Positions 39,417 to 51,083 of a stretch of DNA of 64,000 nt are shown here, one piece after another. Below the pieces are notes generated by a model, which was not told where the DNA came from, did not search any database, and saw only the letters and a list, made by a program, of their open reading frames with translations. The stretch is from a virus. The translations under genes and the position numbers were made by a program. The stretch lies in IMG/VR virus record IMGVR_UViG_3300026382_000010, positions 32,001-96,000 of that record. One strand, written 5' to 3'. The first letter of the stretch is position 1. Each line of letters opens with the position of its first letter.

Positions 39417-41459
39417 ATGCTTCAGCTTACACTAGATGCACTTAAAGCAAAACTCAGTGCATTCAAACAAGAGACAGCAAGCTTACAATCAATGATTGAT
39501 GATTACGATACCAGGATTAATGCAATTAATGATCAGCTCCAAGTGCTGAAAGCGCGTAATCTTACAAACACTGATTATTACAATGAATTACAGTCACAAC
39601 TTAAATCTCTCGAGCAAGAAAAATCTCAGCTTAAATCAAAATTAGATGATGTTTTAAATAAATACGATTCTACATTTAAAACTTATGAAAAGCTCGCCCA
39701 ATTTAATCAATATATCGACTCGGTTGATAAAGCACTTGAAGAACTCGACTCGATATCCTTTCCAAAATATAATCCTTATCCTCCAGGAACTGATCTCCAT
39801 AATGAATACGACAATCTATTACAATTGGCTGTTGATGCAAAAATTACTCAAACAAAACTGGATTTGCTAAAAAATGCAAAAGAGACTTTAGAAAAATATG
39901 TCGATGATCCAAATCTAAGTCCCTATATAGCTCCAATTCTATCTCAATTGGATAGCCAAATAAACAGTTTGTCTTCAATGCTTGATAATACACTTGCACA
40001 ATACAAATCAAATTTGCAACGTTATAATACAGATTTCAACGAGCAAATCCTACAGAATCCTAATATTCCCGATTCTCTAATTCAAATGCTCCAAAATGTT
40101 TTACCTTCGCCTGAAAACATATCGCTTTTAAATAAACAGGTGTATCTAAACGATAAACCGCTTTCTGAATATGCTACAACAGGTCCAATGTTAAGTGCTA
40201 TTCCAAGTCCCGATTTAAAAATTATTCCTACTAAGACTGAACCAACGCATGGTTCACCAAGTGCTTCAAGTTCTGCTACAGATACTAGTGCTTACAACAC
40301 TCCTGATACGAATACTACCTACGGATCTCCTGATTTACCCGGTAGTAATACGCTTTTACCATCAATTCCAAGAGCACATGCAGCAACGCAAAGTCCAACT
40401 GAAAACATCTTAGCACAACCTGATGTTCTTACAAAGGCATCTACCAATTACTCTCAAATTCCATTACAAGAGGTAATATATGGACTTCCAGAAATTGTAG
40501 AGCTACAGGTGTTGGGAGAGCAAATTCCATTTAAGTGGGATAATAATTTTGTTGTAGCTGAAATCTTTGTAGGAGAAATGAAATACAATGGATCCTCATC
40601 AATGCTTAACGCTTGGGACTTTGTTGACTATTCATCAAAATTCCTATCAATTGTAATGCAGATACTTAGTTATGCAGGAGTATCTCCTAGTAAAATAGGA
40701 CATGCTCCATTTAAATTTGCACTACAACATTTCTCAGCTCAGGACGTAATTACGAATAGTTATGGAGAATCTACATTCCAAGAAGTGAATAATACAATTG
40801 GTTCACTTGCTCGAGATTTTGCATATTTAAGTGGTGGTAATTGGGATGCATTTAAAAAGATGCTTTCCTCAAGTTTAAAGGAAATGTTTGGTCCTTTTGG
40901 AGAAGTTGCAACCTTTATGGGTTCAACTTTAGATAAGATATTAGGTGCAATTCCTATGACTTCCGAATTGCGTCAAAAATTTGCAAATTCTTTTGCAGGA
41001 CAATTGCTTTCTGGTAAAAGAGTTGACGTACCAAAAGTATGGCATGACTCTACATGTTCTATGACATACAATATGAAAATCAGATTAAGTGCATCAATTG
41101 AAAATAGACAAGAGTTAATAGATATGGTAATTACGCCATTGACAATGCTTCTTGTTATGAGTGCTCCAAGGGCAGATAGAACTTATATGTATCGTTGGCC
41201 TTGGGTGTTGAATGTTAATATCAAAGGACATGGATATATTCCTATGGGAGTTGTAACAGAAATACAAGTATTACGTCCTGGTGATTTACAAATCTTTACA
41301 CATCAAGGACGTTTTCTAAATATTGATGTCATCTTGAGTATCCAACCAATTTACAATACACTATTTACTTATACAGCATCCGGTTCTCCAGGATCTGCAC
41401 GTTGGATGCTCACTGTCAACGAAATGATCAAGAAAATCGTTGAAGGTCTCAAATTATAG
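39417..41459 (+). CDS. Coiled coil plus P/S/T linker plus tube-like baseplate hub / tail-tube initiator domain
   Basis: N-terminal heptads. The C-terminal PKVWHDST..YNMKIRL..ITPL..LL..SAPR..YRWPW resembles jumbo-phage baseplate tube-initiator proteins. Confidence 0.5.
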   Translation: MLQLTLDALKAKLSAFKQETASLQSMIDDYDTRINAINDQLQVLKARNLTNTDYYNELQSQLKSLEQEKSQLKSKLDDVLNKYDSTFKTYEKLAQFNQYIDSVDKALEELDSISFPKYNPYPPGTDLHNEYDNLLQLAVDAKITQTKLDLLKNAKETLEKYVDDPNLSPYIAPILSQLDSQINSLSSMLDNTLAQYKSNLQRYNTDFNEQILQNPNIPDSLIQMLQNVLPSPENISLLNKQVYLNDKPLSEYATTGPMLSAIPSPDLKIIPTKTEPTHGSPSASSSATDTSAYNTPDTNTTYGSPDLPGSNTLLPSIPRAHAATQSPTENILAQPDVLTKASTNYSQIPLQEVIYGLPEIVELQVLGEQIPFKWDNNFVVAEIFVGEMKYNGSSSMLNAWDFVDYSSKFLSIVMQILSYAGVSPSKIGHAPFKFALQHFSAQDVITNSYGESTFQEVNNTIGSLARDFAYLSGGNWDAFKKMLSSSLKEMFGPFGEVATFMGSTLDKILGAIPMTSELRQKFANSFAGQLLSGKRVDVPKVWHDSTCSMTYNMKIRLSASIENRQELIDMVITPLTMLLVMSAPRADRTYMYRWPWVLNVNIKGHGYIPMGVVTEIQVLRPGDLQIFTHQGRFLNIDVILSIQPIYNTLFTYTASGSPGSARWMLTVNEMIKKIVEGLKL

Positions 41460-41563
41460 ATCCGTCTAAATAAATATTGAGCAAATTCCCATAAAAAATT
41501 CCCATGTTATCCAAAGTAAAAAGAAAATAGTTTTAAAGATGAGGAAAAAAGGAGGTGTGATAA

Positions 41564-43162
41564 ATGGTTACAGTAAACGGAAAGTACATTTACATTGAGG
41601 GTCCCATTTTATTCCAACAATTTATTTCAAAGTACAAGTTGTATTTTGCAGTTAGACTTTGGTTTATAAAACCAAAAATTAAGCTTCCAAATTATGCTGC
41701 AAAATTATCCTTTGGCTTGTACTCAAATTTGGATACAAGTGTTCATGGTGATAAATTCATGCTCACTGCTTCCCTTGAGCAAGTATATGCATTTTATATT
41801 CAGCTTCAGAAACTCATAAATCAAAGTGACTCATATGCCACTTTAACTATTGTGAATAATCGCAAAAATCAAGAGGTAAGTATATCTTGCATTCATAAAA
41901 ACTCTCATATTCTTTTCAAATTAAAGCAACGTAATTTAAGTAACAATAAAACCAATACCTACGAATTTGAAATAGATTTAATACAATTCCACTTGTTTGT
42001 AAGCATGATATCTAGTTATATTGCAAATTACCCAGTACTTGTAAATCAATTTACATTAATTTCTCCTCTTCTACAAATGCTTGAAGTGTATTTTGATAAG
42101 AAATTTGAAAATCTTCAATTATATGCTAAAGCAAAACAAACAACTGTTGATACAAACCCGATAATTCCGGCTATTTCAAATCCAGTAAATATAGAACCTA
42201 TCATTCCTCAAAATATCGTAAATAAACCCGAGGAACCAGAAATTCCGCAAATTAACGAAATTGTAAGTCCGAAGAATTCCAATGATGTAGAACCCGAAAT
42301 TGAACCCGAAATTCCTACAAATTTAATATCAGTAAATAGTAGTAGCCAGGAATCTAATGTAGATTCAGATTTTGATGCATTACCATTAAGCTTTCAAAAA
42401 TTAATTGATGAATGCGAGTCAAATAAGGAGGAGCCGCAACAGGCTCCTCCTACATTTGAAGATCAAGATGTATCTGATAACTTGAATACATTGAATGCTG
42501 AGGAAAAGCAAGAGACTAAAGACACTGAGGATTGGCAAGAGGTTTATTCATTTTTAGAAAGTCAAAATGTACCAAAATTAAAACAGGATATGCTTGCTGC
42601 ATTGAATATTTACAATACAAAATGTTTGGATAAATTTCATTACGAATTTCAATTTGAAGAGTATTTTAAACCAAGTGATATTCTAGCTATCATCAGAGAA
42701 AACAATATAACTCGTTTACCTACAATTATAACTCTACCAAAATTGGATTTTGAAAAAGCAAGTAAAATCCTTGACATCATTTGGAAAAATGTATCTACAC
42801 AAGGATACTATAACATCTCGTTGCTATCATACAACTTACTACTTCCAAATCTAGATATTCTCTTTCAAAACCTTGAGAAACTAACTGACAAACAGAAATT
42901 TGCATTGTTTGCAGTTTTAGATACCTTAGGATACACTTCAAATTATCAAGCTGCAAATATTATTCGTCAAGCATTCAACGAAGGGCAAATATATGATGAA
43001 TTAATTGAGGAATTACTTTTAGATTTAAGTAAAACACTTACACTAAACTTCAACGAAAATATTCTTGAAATCATATATAAATACCTTGTTGAGAAAAAAC
43101 CTCTTCCAAGTCATCTTATTCCGATATTTAAATTGCATTTTGCTACCAAGGACGGCGTTTAA
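41564..43162 (+). CDS. Hypothetical protein: two domains joined by an acidic/Pro-rich linker
   Basis: 532-aa ORF with AAGGAGGTG RBS. Confidence 0.75.
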   Translation: MVTVNGKYIYIEGPILFQQFISKYKLYFAVRLWFIKPKIKLPNYAAKLSFGLYSNLDTSVHGDKFMLTASLEQVYAFYIQLQKLINQSDSYATLTIVNNRKNQEVSISCIHKNSHILFKLKQRNLSNNKTNTYEFEIDLIQFHLFVSMISSYIANYPVLVNQFTLISPLLQMLEVYFDKKFENLQLYAKAKQTTVDTNPIIPAISNPVNIEPIIPQNIVNKPEEPEIPQINEIVSPKNSNDVEPEIEPEIPTNLISVNSSSQESNVDSDFDALPLSFQKLIDECESNKEEPQQAPPTFEDQDVSDNLNTLNAEEKQETKDTEDWQEVYSFLESQNVPKLKQDMLAALNIYNTKCLDKFHYEFQFEEYFKPSDILAIIRENNITRLPTIITLPKLDFEKASKILDIIWKNVSTQGYYNISLLSYNLLLPNLDILFQNLEKLTDKQKFALFAVLDTLGYTSNYQAANIIRQAFNEGQIYDELIEELLLDLSKTLTLNFNENILEIIYKYLVEKKPLPSHLIPIFKLHFATKDGV

Positions 43163-45470
43163 TTGCTTCAGCTAAATTTTCTGCAGCATATCTTAGTCTA
43201 TCAATTGAATCTAAATATCGTTGTCCCTCGTTAAATAGAAACTCAAGATATGCGCTATAAAATGCTTTGTAAAAGACTTTTAGTACTCCAAAGTAGTATG
43301 CAAATACCTTTGGAGTTGGATTATTTGCAACTTCTAACGCGCATTTGAAATAGTAATTCCATACAAGCGATAGATGCCCCTCCCAGGGGCATTGGGCCCA
43401 TACTTCCATTAATCCATTGTAAAGTGTAAATCTGAAAAAGTTGTTTGGATATCTGGGATCCTGAATCTTTAGATATTGATACTTTCTCTCGCGCCCAATA
43501 GTTTTAATATGCTCGTAAAATGTATCAAGTATTCGATAGTCCACATAATTATCGTAAATTCCATAGTATTTACGTAGCCATTTAGGAAACTTATCAGTTA
43601 TCCTATCTAAAAATGCATCAAATGTGTAATTGAAAAGATACTTAATGTCATTTGATTGCAAACGAATTACATCGTAGTAAAATTTGTAAGCTAAACCTGG
43701 ATTTGGAGTTGGACATACTTTAGGACAAGAACCATTATAACGTGGAGGATCATCCCAGCCTCTACAGGGTATACACCATGGATCAATACATGGAGAAAAT
43801 GGAGCTGAATACCATTGCCACAATTGCCAACCATATCTAGTAATTGCAGTTATATATCTGGAGATATTCTGAGTACACATTATATACAAAATATGAAATG
43901 TTGATTTAAATAAATGTAAAGCAAATGAGCAAGGATACGGATAGCAGTTATAGGTAATGAAGTGCAGTTTCGTAATTGTATCCCAAACGTGTAGAATATA
44001 CCAGTATCCTTCATCATTTGGAACTATTCTATATTTTGTATGAGCCTCACGCCAGTAATATATCATAGTATCAGTATCATATAAAAACCACTTGAGTGGA
44101 AAAGAGTAAAGTCTTGGATTTTCACTTGCTCCGTAATACCACTTGTATAAAGCCTTATAATATGCATCGTCATTGAATATAAGCCAGAGAATCATATGAA
44201 TGAGGTTTACAGTATTTTTTCCAAGTTCAACTAAACCTGGAACCCAATTAAACCTTTGAATTTGATCTTTTAAAAAGGTAACTAACTCTTCATAATACTT
44301 GTAATCATATTGCGTTTGCCAGTATCCAAGTTCATAGAAAATACGAAAGAGAATTAATGCAAACAATAGGTTTCGACTATCATAATTATCTGGATCCAAA
44401 TCTGAAACCTGTAGATTCAATTGGAATCTATTTTTAAACTCATTGTATGCATTCTTTAATCGCTTTTTACCAATTTCCTGGAGTACTTTTAAAAACGAGT
44501 ATAAATAATAGTCACTTTCTTCATCTAAATCTATTTCAGTTGCTCTATAAACCTCATACTCATTATTAAAGGTATACTGATAGTTGCCATACAAATCAAT
44601 TGCCTTTAGATTATCAAATTGCAAGTCATAATAAAACTTGAAGTATCCATAGTTTGTAGTTGGGTTTAAACGTTTCCAGTAAAACTCTTGTTTTGAAAGA
44701 TTGACATTTAAAACATTTGTTGCTTTTTTAACAACTGGGAAAATATCGAGACAAGTGCGTTTATTATCATCGACGATTCCTAAATCAAATACGTGATTTT
44801 CAAGGTATAATTTCAAGTAGGTTTGAAGCTCTGATTTAAAGTCGATAAAAAGTGGTTTTTGCATAAAATTGATTTGAATAGGCTGTGAGAAATCCTGAAG
44901 AATATCAAACTTATAAAAGCAAACATTTGGTAAGATATTTGCTTTTGTTTCATCATCAAGATTATCCCAGTTGTTTTCAATGTATGCATATAATTCTTCA
45001 CAAAGTCTATTTAAATTTTCAGGCAGTTTTATTTGTAGCAATTCTGCAAATTTTTTGAGAATTAGTAAATAACTTTGTATACTTAAATATGCCTTATCAA
45101 ACTCAAAGTCACAATCTTGCAGTGTATTTCCTTTGAGCAAATTATTGTACTGTGTTATAAAGTAATTTAGGAAAACATCAGGATCTTCTTGAGACTCCAG
45201 GATTCTAACGCGAATATCCTCATTAATCACTTTAATACAATTTGCATTATCTGGAAATAATCTTGCCTCAATGACGTAGTCTAAATATGAGGAATAACGT
45301 TTTGGATCTGCATTTATATCTTGCGCAAATGATTTGAGATTAAATTGCTTAAAAATATATTTTGCGCATAAACTTGCTTCATAATCGTATAATCCAAATA
45401 GTGTAATACCTTTAGCATCGTAATCGTAATGCAGATATAAGTAGATTAGGATTTTAGTTTTCAAATCCAT
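43143..45470 (-). CDS. Hypothetical helical protein with a Cys/Trp/Pro-rich loop
   Basis: 775-aa ORF overlapping both neighbours. Confidence 0.7.
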   Translation of the reverse strand: MDLKTKILIYLYLHYDYDAKGITLFGLYDYEASLCAKYIFKQFNLKSFAQDINADPKRYSSYLDYVIEARLFPDNANCIKVINEDIRVRILESQEDPDVFLNYFITQYNNLLKGNTLQDCDFEFDKAYLSIQSYLLILKKFAELLQIKLPENLNRLCEELYAYIENNWDNLDDETKANILPNVCFYKFDILQDFSQPIQINFMQKPLFIDFKSELQTYLKLYLENHVFDLGIVDDNKRTCLDIFPVVKKATNVLNVNLSKQEFYWKRLNPTTNYGYFKFYYDLQFDNLKAIDLYGNYQYTFNNEYEVYRATEIDLDEESDYYLYSFLKVLQEIGKKRLKNAYNEFKNRFQLNLQVSDLDPDNYDSRNLLFALILFRIFYELGYWQTQYDYKYYEELVTFLKDQIQRFNWVPGLVELGKNTVNLIHMILWLIFNDDAYYKALYKWYYGASENPRLYSFPLKWFLYDTDTMIYYWREAHTKYRIVPNDEGYWYILHVWDTITKLHFITYNCYPYPCSFALHLFKSTFHILYIMCTQNISRYITAITRYGWQLWQWYSAPFSPCIDPWCIPCRGWDDPPRYNGSCPKVCPTPNPGLAYKFYYDVIRLQSNDIKYLFNYTFDAFLDRITDKFPKWLRKYYGIYDNYVDYRILDTFYEHIKTIGRERKYQYLKIQDPRYPNNFFRFTLYNGLMEVWAQCPWEGHLSLVWNYYFKCALEVANNPTPKVFAYYFGVLKVFYKAFYSAYLEFLFNEGQRYLDSIDRLRYAAENLAEAIKRRPW

Positions 45471-46578
45471 CGAGTAATTCCTGAGCTTTACCTTCTTTTA
45501 TTTTTGGAACGAAATCTGGATGAACTAAAACAAGCTCTAGAAAACCTTTTCTAGAATCCACATTTTTAATTTTAAAATGAATTAGGCGATCGTCGATATA
45601 TTTTTCAACGTTATCTAAAATAATTTCCTTTCCAGTTTGATATTCAACGTAATATATTTGTAGTTGATTAAGTGAGTAGTTTTTGAGAATGTTTTTAGAT
45701 ATAGATAGTATGCATGGATCGTCAAAGTCAGTTGCTTGAAGTAAAGTAACTCCAAATTTACTTGGACGGTAGTTGTACCAGTATATATCGGAGTATGCAA
45801 TTTGATTTTCTACACCAAGTTCAAGTCTGATAATATCAAGCTTTGGACGGTAGCTAAAGTAAATTTCATTTGGTACATTAAACATGCACTCACATGCGCA
45901 TTGAATACGATACGTTGGTAATTCTTGTTCACCCATATAATTACTACCATCGGTAATATCAGTAATTCTAAAGAAAATCGAGTATGGCATTAAATACATA
46001 TACAAATGCTGATTGTATTTATTTTCGTAACGAAATAGAAACTGAGGATGTTCAAGTAATGCATCCATTGGAATATCATATTTTGCAATGATGTCTTTTA
46101 TTGCGTCTGTAAGATATATGTATCCAGGAATATTGTTGAAGTATTTGTAATATCGCGTAAATTTTCGGTAAAAGGCATTTAATGCGTCAATAATTTCAAA
46201 ATGAGACTCTCCAAGGTAGAAGACATCAAACGTCATTCGATACATTAATGTAGTGTATAGAATTTCAAAGTCACCAAATTTTAAAATTCCCTTTTGAGGA
46301 CGTAAGGCATAAGCAGTCATACGATTTCCAAAGCGCCATAAATTATTCACCTGCTCATCCAATGTATAAGAATTTGGCTGTAAGATAAGTAAAGGATATT
46401 GTAGAGCATACATATCTTGATTTAAACTTTTTTGATGTAACATTTGGATTGCTTTTTGATACGTTGTTACAACGAGTCGGTAAGGTTTTCTAGGACATAC
46501 TTCTGCAAACTGTCTGAGAATAAACTGATACATGTTTATAAAAAAGTTATGTACAAACTTTGGGCTAAATGCTATCAT
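45454..46578 (-). CDS. Putative tail terminator / neck (gp15-like) protein
   Basis: YPLLILQP and YRMTFDV resemble tail-terminator folds. Weak similarity. Confidence 0.35.
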   Translation of the reverse strand: MIAFSPKFVHNFFINMYQFILRQFAEVCPRKPYRLVVTTYQKAIQMLHQKSLNQDMYALQYPLLILQPNSYTLDEQVNNLWRFGNRMTAYALRPQKGILKFGDFEILYTTLMYRMTFDVFYLGESHFEIIDALNAFYRKFTRYYKYFNNIPGYIYLTDAIKDIIAKYDIPMDALLEHPQFLFRYENKYNQHLYMYLMPYSIFFRITDITDGSNYMGEQELPTYRIQCACECMFNVPNEIYFSYRPKLDIIRLELGVENQIAYSDIYWYNYRPSKFGVTLLQATDFDDPCILSISKNILKNYSLNQLQIYYVEYQTGKEIILDNVEKYIDDRLIHFKIKNVDSRKGFLELVLVHPDFVPKIKEGKAQELLDGFEN

Positions 46579-46605
46579 TGCTTTCTACACCACACTCACT
46601 TTTTT

Positions 46606-47133
46606 TTATTTTTCGTATACTTTCTCAAGTAAATTTTTTGGAAATCTAATTTTATAATCTGCAATTGTTTCTAAATACTCGATAGTATCATCAAGAATGT
46701 AGCAATCTAGAGCTACAGAATATGACACTTTTACATTGCTTTTATATGGAACCATTACTCTTTCGGCAATTATAAGAAACTGATTATTTTTAGAGAATAC
46801 ATAAACGCTTAGCATATTCCTGAATTTCATATTGTTGATTTGAATCGTTGACATAATGATTTCTTCATTTGCAACGAGATTTTCCTTATTGTATCCAGTA
46901 TACTGTCCATAAATTCTTAAATGTGTAGAATTTATAGTTTGAGTCTCAATGTTCCAAGCATTGCAGAGTTCTTTATATTCCTCTTCATTAAAGCATGGTA
47001 CAAAGTTGCTTACCATATTGCTAAATTTACTTTTAACAAGTATTTCATAATCCAAACTTACTTTATTTAAAATGAACTCTATAATCAATCCATTGTATTT
47101 TCCAAGATACAGCGTATAGATACGTTTTTGCAT
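46606..47133 (-). CDS. Hypothetical protein
   Basis: 175-aa ORF with GAGGT RBS on the minus strand. Confidence 0.7.
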   Translation of the reverse strand: MQKRIYTLYLGKYNGLIIEFILNKVSLDYEILVKSKFSNMVSNFVPCFNEEEYKELCNAWNIETQTINSTHLRIYGQYTGYNKENLVANEEIIMSTIQINNMKFRNMLSVYVFSKNNQFLIIAERVMVPYKSNVKVSYSVALDCYILDDTIEYLETIADYKIRFPKNLLEKVYEK

Positions 47134-47205
47134 CTGTTGCGTACCTCTTTTCTTGCTTTAATTTTTTGGTTAAAAATAAAAAGAAAAAGGAGTGTTTGCG
47201 GCATA

Positions 47206-48675
47206 ATGGGAGTTCCTGATTATATTACTGAAATTCAAAGTTGGCAACAATATAGTAGAGCGCAATTTTTAAAAGTTTATCTTGATGATTATTATGTACG
47301 AAATATTGCTACTCTGATTATGCCATACAAGTATTTAACAATTTTCGATTGTACTCCGAAACTTATTGCAAATAATAAAATCGAATTTAGCCCTGGTTAT
47401 TTATACTTTGATGGGGCATTTATCAAAGTAAATGATTCATTTACTGTTCAATATTATACACGTGATGAACTTCGTCAAAAAACTGTTAATTTCTTCTATA
47501 TCTATACGAATGCTAGATTTTGGTTACGTATTTTAATTAATAGTCGCCAAATTCCAGAAAAACAATATGTCAAGCTTGATTCAATTGTAATTCGAAATGA
47601 TTTAGTTCCTTTTGTTTACAAGTGGGATCAATTAAAGTCTATGATTAAAGTTCTAAAAGGCGATGAATTTGTAGAGTTTAAAGATGATGGACTATATGTA
47701 TACTCTGGAAATGAAAATGTAATTTTGGAAATTAAATTTGATATCCTAAAGGCTCCACAATGGTTTTTTGGAATTACAGAACTTGGACTCAAATATTCTT
47801 CAATCTTTCCTGCGCCATTTATTGGACTTTCCTATTCATACAACTACTTTCAATGGATTCGATATTTGAATCCAGGATTTGAAATAAAGCTTTCGACAAA
47901 TTTTGATGACGGTTCATTATATTCATACTACAAGCCTTATCTTAATCTAAATCTGCTTGAATGCTTTTACAATGGTCCTCTGGATACTATGCAATCTATC
48001 GTTGCATATCGTAAACCAATGTTTGACTACATGACAAATATTTACAAAATATATGCTCGTCCATATACAATCCTAGATATCTATAGAGACTTACAAGAAG
48101 ACACTTTTGATAAAATGATTTTGGCTACATTAATATGGTATCCAAATATCAAATGGCGAATTTATTATTATCAACCACATCTGCCCAGATTTCTTATGCA
48201 CATTCTATATCCACCTGGTAACATGCTTGATGAAGAAGTATATAAAGTCTTCAAGAAATCTATTACGAAACGTATTGTTACAAACGTTGGTACGCTATCA
48301 CTTTTAAATTACGATATGGATTATCTGAAGGCTTACTTTGAAGATGAACCAAAAATTTTAAAACCTGGAATGATTATTACAAAAACTCTAACTATTGATA
48401 AATGTAGGGAAGTAGCAATAGTTCCAGTATGTTCATTTAAATACATTTTGATTGTTGGTAATCAGTATAATCATGACATCATTTTCTTCCGTAATGTTGA
48501 AGTACCTACTCAGGTAAACATTACGTTAATTCCTCTTGAAAGTGGGCATTTTTATGGATTCTCAGTAATTTATAATCGCGATAGAATTATTCCAATTGAA
48601 GCAGTCCATATGAATTACACTGCACCTTTTGGTTCCACAAATAATCCGAAAATCCATGGAGTCGATATTAAATGA
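47206..48675 (+). CDS. Putative virion structural protein
   Basis: Likely start is ATG 47206 after AAGGAG. IEFSPGYLYFDGAFI resembles the N-termini of fibre-attachment proteins and the next gene. Confidence 0.5.
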   Translation: MGVPDYITEIQSWQQYSRAQFLKVYLDDYYVRNIATLIMPYKYLTIFDCTPKLIANNKIEFSPGYLYFDGAFIKVNDSFTVQYYTRDELRQKTVNFFYIYTNARFWLRILINSRQIPEKQYVKLDSIVIRNDLVPFVYKWDQLKSMIKVLKGDEFVEFKDDGLYVYSGNENVILEIKFDILKAPQWFFGITELGLKYSSIFPAPFIGLSYSYNYFQWIRYLNPGFEIKLSTNFDDGSLYSYYKPYLNLNLLECFYNGPLDTMQSIVAYRKPMFDYMTNIYKIYARPYTILDIYRDLQEDTFDKMILATLIWYPNIKWRIYYYQPHLPRFLMHILYPPGNMLDEEVYKVFKKSITKRIVTNVGTLSLLNYDMDYLKAYFEDEPKILKPGMIITKTLTIDKCREVAIVPVCSFKYILIVGNQYNHDIIFFRNVEVPTQVNITLIPLESGHFYGFSVIYNRDRIIPIEAVHMNYTAPFGSTNNPKIHGVDIK

Positions 48676-51083
48676 TATATGCTAGCAAGAGTTTAAAACT
48701 TGGTTTTAGAGTTTTATACAGAATAAAAGATTACCCAGTTGATTTCGGATTCTTCTTATCCGCATTAATGGATCCTTATCATAAATCTTGTCTTGCGGGA
48801 CTAGGTTTAGATATTACTTCAAAAGGCTATCTTAGAGTTGATAATGGTACGTTTGCATACAATGGTTATGTTGTTGAATTCTTTGATCCTATTTACTTTG
48901 ATTTAACAAGTCTATATGACTCAAATACTCCTCTTGAGTTTGCATTAAATGATTATAAACCAGCATTATCAGTTAGATTTAATTTACCAGAAAACGAATT
49001 TGCATCAATAAAATACTTAAGAACCAAAGTAATTTTAAGTCCAAGCAATGAAGAAAAAGAAATTACATTAGACTTCAGAGATATTGATAATCTTGTATCG
49101 CTATATAATACTCGTAACTGGGTTAAACTTGATCGAGAAAAAGACGTTGTAAAACTTATAACTACACAGCATCTTAATGTAATTGAGGATCCAACTTTTA
49201 CTTACGATAGTAACACAAATACATTTTACTTTACTGATGAAAACCAGGTGGATCGATTTGTAATTTCACTTGATACTAATTCAAATCAATTGTATGCAGG
49301 TGTAGTTTCAGTTTCGGATACAAAATTTACTTTATCTGGTAAACCTGAAACATATAAGGCATATATATCATTGGCTGATAATCTAGTAACTGATAATCTT
49401 TATGGACTAAGGTTAATTGATAATCGACATCGAAATTATCATACAGCAGTCTTTACAATTGCCGATGACTTCTATCAAATCAAGGACATAAAAGAAATTT
49501 ATATAGAGGCAGATACGAGAACTTTACCTGCAGATAATCTAGGATTTTCGCTTTCACTTGATGGTGGTAAACATTGGATTGTTATTAACAATGTAGGTGC
49601 TCCAAATTACATTGGATATTGTGAAGATAATCCAGTTTTCGAAAAACCATATTCATTACAATTTATTAACGAGGAGTTACTTCCAAATCTTAAAGACTTT
49701 TTAATTTCCTGGTATATGTCGATTACTCCTAGAAAGTATGCAGTTACAATTCAATATGATTACGAAGCAAAAGAAATTCGGTTTTACTTGAAAGACAAGG
49801 AATCCTTAACGCATGAAGATTTAATCTTAGGTTGTATATTACAGGAGCAAGGGCGTTATAAGATAACTTACCATGATTGGGAAATGCCCCGAATGATCCC
49901 TTACGCCGAGTGGAAAGATGACAATGTATATACACTTCTTGAAACGTATGGTATTGATCCATTTAGTCAGCTAATTTACTACAATAATATTGTATCAGTA
50001 AATAATGCACTCGCAAATACTTTGAATTTTGATTACGATGTATGCAAAGTTATTCTTCCAAAGAATACGCAAGATTACATTTTGGAAAATGGTTTTCTAT
50101 ATGGACCATTTATCTGGCTCAGATACAATGGAAAGATGAAATTTACAATTGATCCACCACCAAATGCAAAATCTGTTATAGTTGATGTAGGCGCAGTGAA
50201 TGGAGAATTCGATGTATATTTAAATGGACAAAGTATTCCCTTAAAATACGAAGTTCCTTTAAGAACGCGAAACATTCCTATTGAATTTGAAATCAAACCA
50301 AGAGTACCACAGGAGAACGTAGATACTGAGTTTCCATATCTTTTGACAAGTGTAAATGTGTATTTTAATACAGATCAAATCAATCTTAGAATTAATAACA
50401 TTAATCACTACAAACGTCCGGTAATTGAATTCTTTGATATTGAACCTAAACATGTAGTTGTTTTCGATGACGATTTAGCTGAATTTCAACTTCCCGAATT
50501 TCCATTTAAGATTTCATATAGAGTATCAAATCCAAATGGACTTCCTGTAAGAGTATCATTATTTGCAGAAGATAATCTACTTTTATACACATCTGACGAC
50601 CTTGAAGAATATAACGTTGGAGTTGTACTTCCAACAGCAAATCTGCAGTATTTTGATTCAAATACTAAAACAATTCCACTTACTTTTGAAGCATGTGACA
50701 ATAGCGCATGTACACGCTATAGCATAGGCTTAGAAGTTATACATCCAAAGGATTCACCAATAGGCTATGGAAAAATTCTAGGATTTGATTACTGTTGGAT
50801 TTACGATACGTTGGTTAAGTTTAATATCTCAGGTTATACTCCAATTCCAGTTGATTGGTTTGATATGCGTGTTAAAATAGTATTTGATACAAGTAAAGAT
50901 GAAAATGATCCTGATAACTACACTGAATTTTCTTTAAAGGAAAATGCTTTCGAGTTCAAAGATATAGGGTACGCATATCCAAAAGCAGGAACGACTTATA
51001 CTGCTAAAGCCGAATTACGAATTTATAGCGGTAAAAGATATAAGGTAATCGATACACGATACTTACCAGTCGAAATTCCATAA
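48672..51083 (+). CDS. Putative virion structural protein with C-terminal Ig-like domains
   Basis: LRVDNGTFAYNGYVV, SLDGGKHW (Asp-box-like) and beta-sandwich segments. 3 DSN motifs. Confidence 0.55.
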   Translation: MIYASKSLKLGFRVLYRIKDYPVDFGFFLSALMDPYHKSCLAGLGLDITSKGYLRVDNGTFAYNGYVVEFFDPIYFDLTSLYDSNTPLEFALNDYKPALSVRFNLPENEFASIKYLRTKVILSPSNEEKEITLDFRDIDNLVSLYNTRNWVKLDREKDVVKLITTQHLNVIEDPTFTYDSNTNTFYFTDENQVDRFVISLDTNSNQLYAGVVSVSDTKFTLSGKPETYKAYISLADNLVTDNLYGLRLIDNRHRNYHTAVFTIADDFYQIKDIKEIYIEADTRTLPADNLGFSLSLDGGKHWIVINNVGAPNYIGYCEDNPVFEKPYSLQFINEELLPNLKDFLISWYMSITPRKYAVTIQYDYEAKEIRFYLKDKESLTHEDLILGCILQEQGRYKITYHDWEMPRMIPYAEWKDDNVYTLLETYGIDPFSQLIYYNNIVSVNNALANTLNFDYDVCKVILPKNTQDYILENGFLYGPFIWLRYNGKMKFTIDPPPNAKSVIVDVGAVNGEFDVYLNGQSIPLKYEVPLRTRNIPIEFEIKPRVPQENVDTEFPYLLTSVNVYFNTDQINLRINNINHYKRPVIEFFDIEPKHVVVFDDDLAEFQLPEFPFKISYRVSNPNGLPVRVSLFAEDNLLLYTSDDLEEYNVGVVLPTANLQYFDSNTKTIPLTFEACDNSACTRYSIGLEVIHPKDSPIGYGKILGFDYCWIYDTLVKFNISGYTPIPVDWFDMRVKIVFDTSKDENDPDNYTEFSLKENAFEFKDIGYAYPKAGTTYTAKAELRIYSGKRYKVIDTRYLPVEIP

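Noticed and set aside
42290-42313. 12-bp tandem repeat GAACCCGAAATT x2
   Set aside because: Simple slippage duplication in a disordered linker (EPEI-EPEI).
43374-43392. Hairpin ATGCCCC-TCCCA-GGGGCAT inside the 775-aa gene
   Set aside because: It is short, within coding sequence (CPWEGH) and lacks a U-tract, so it is likely chance.
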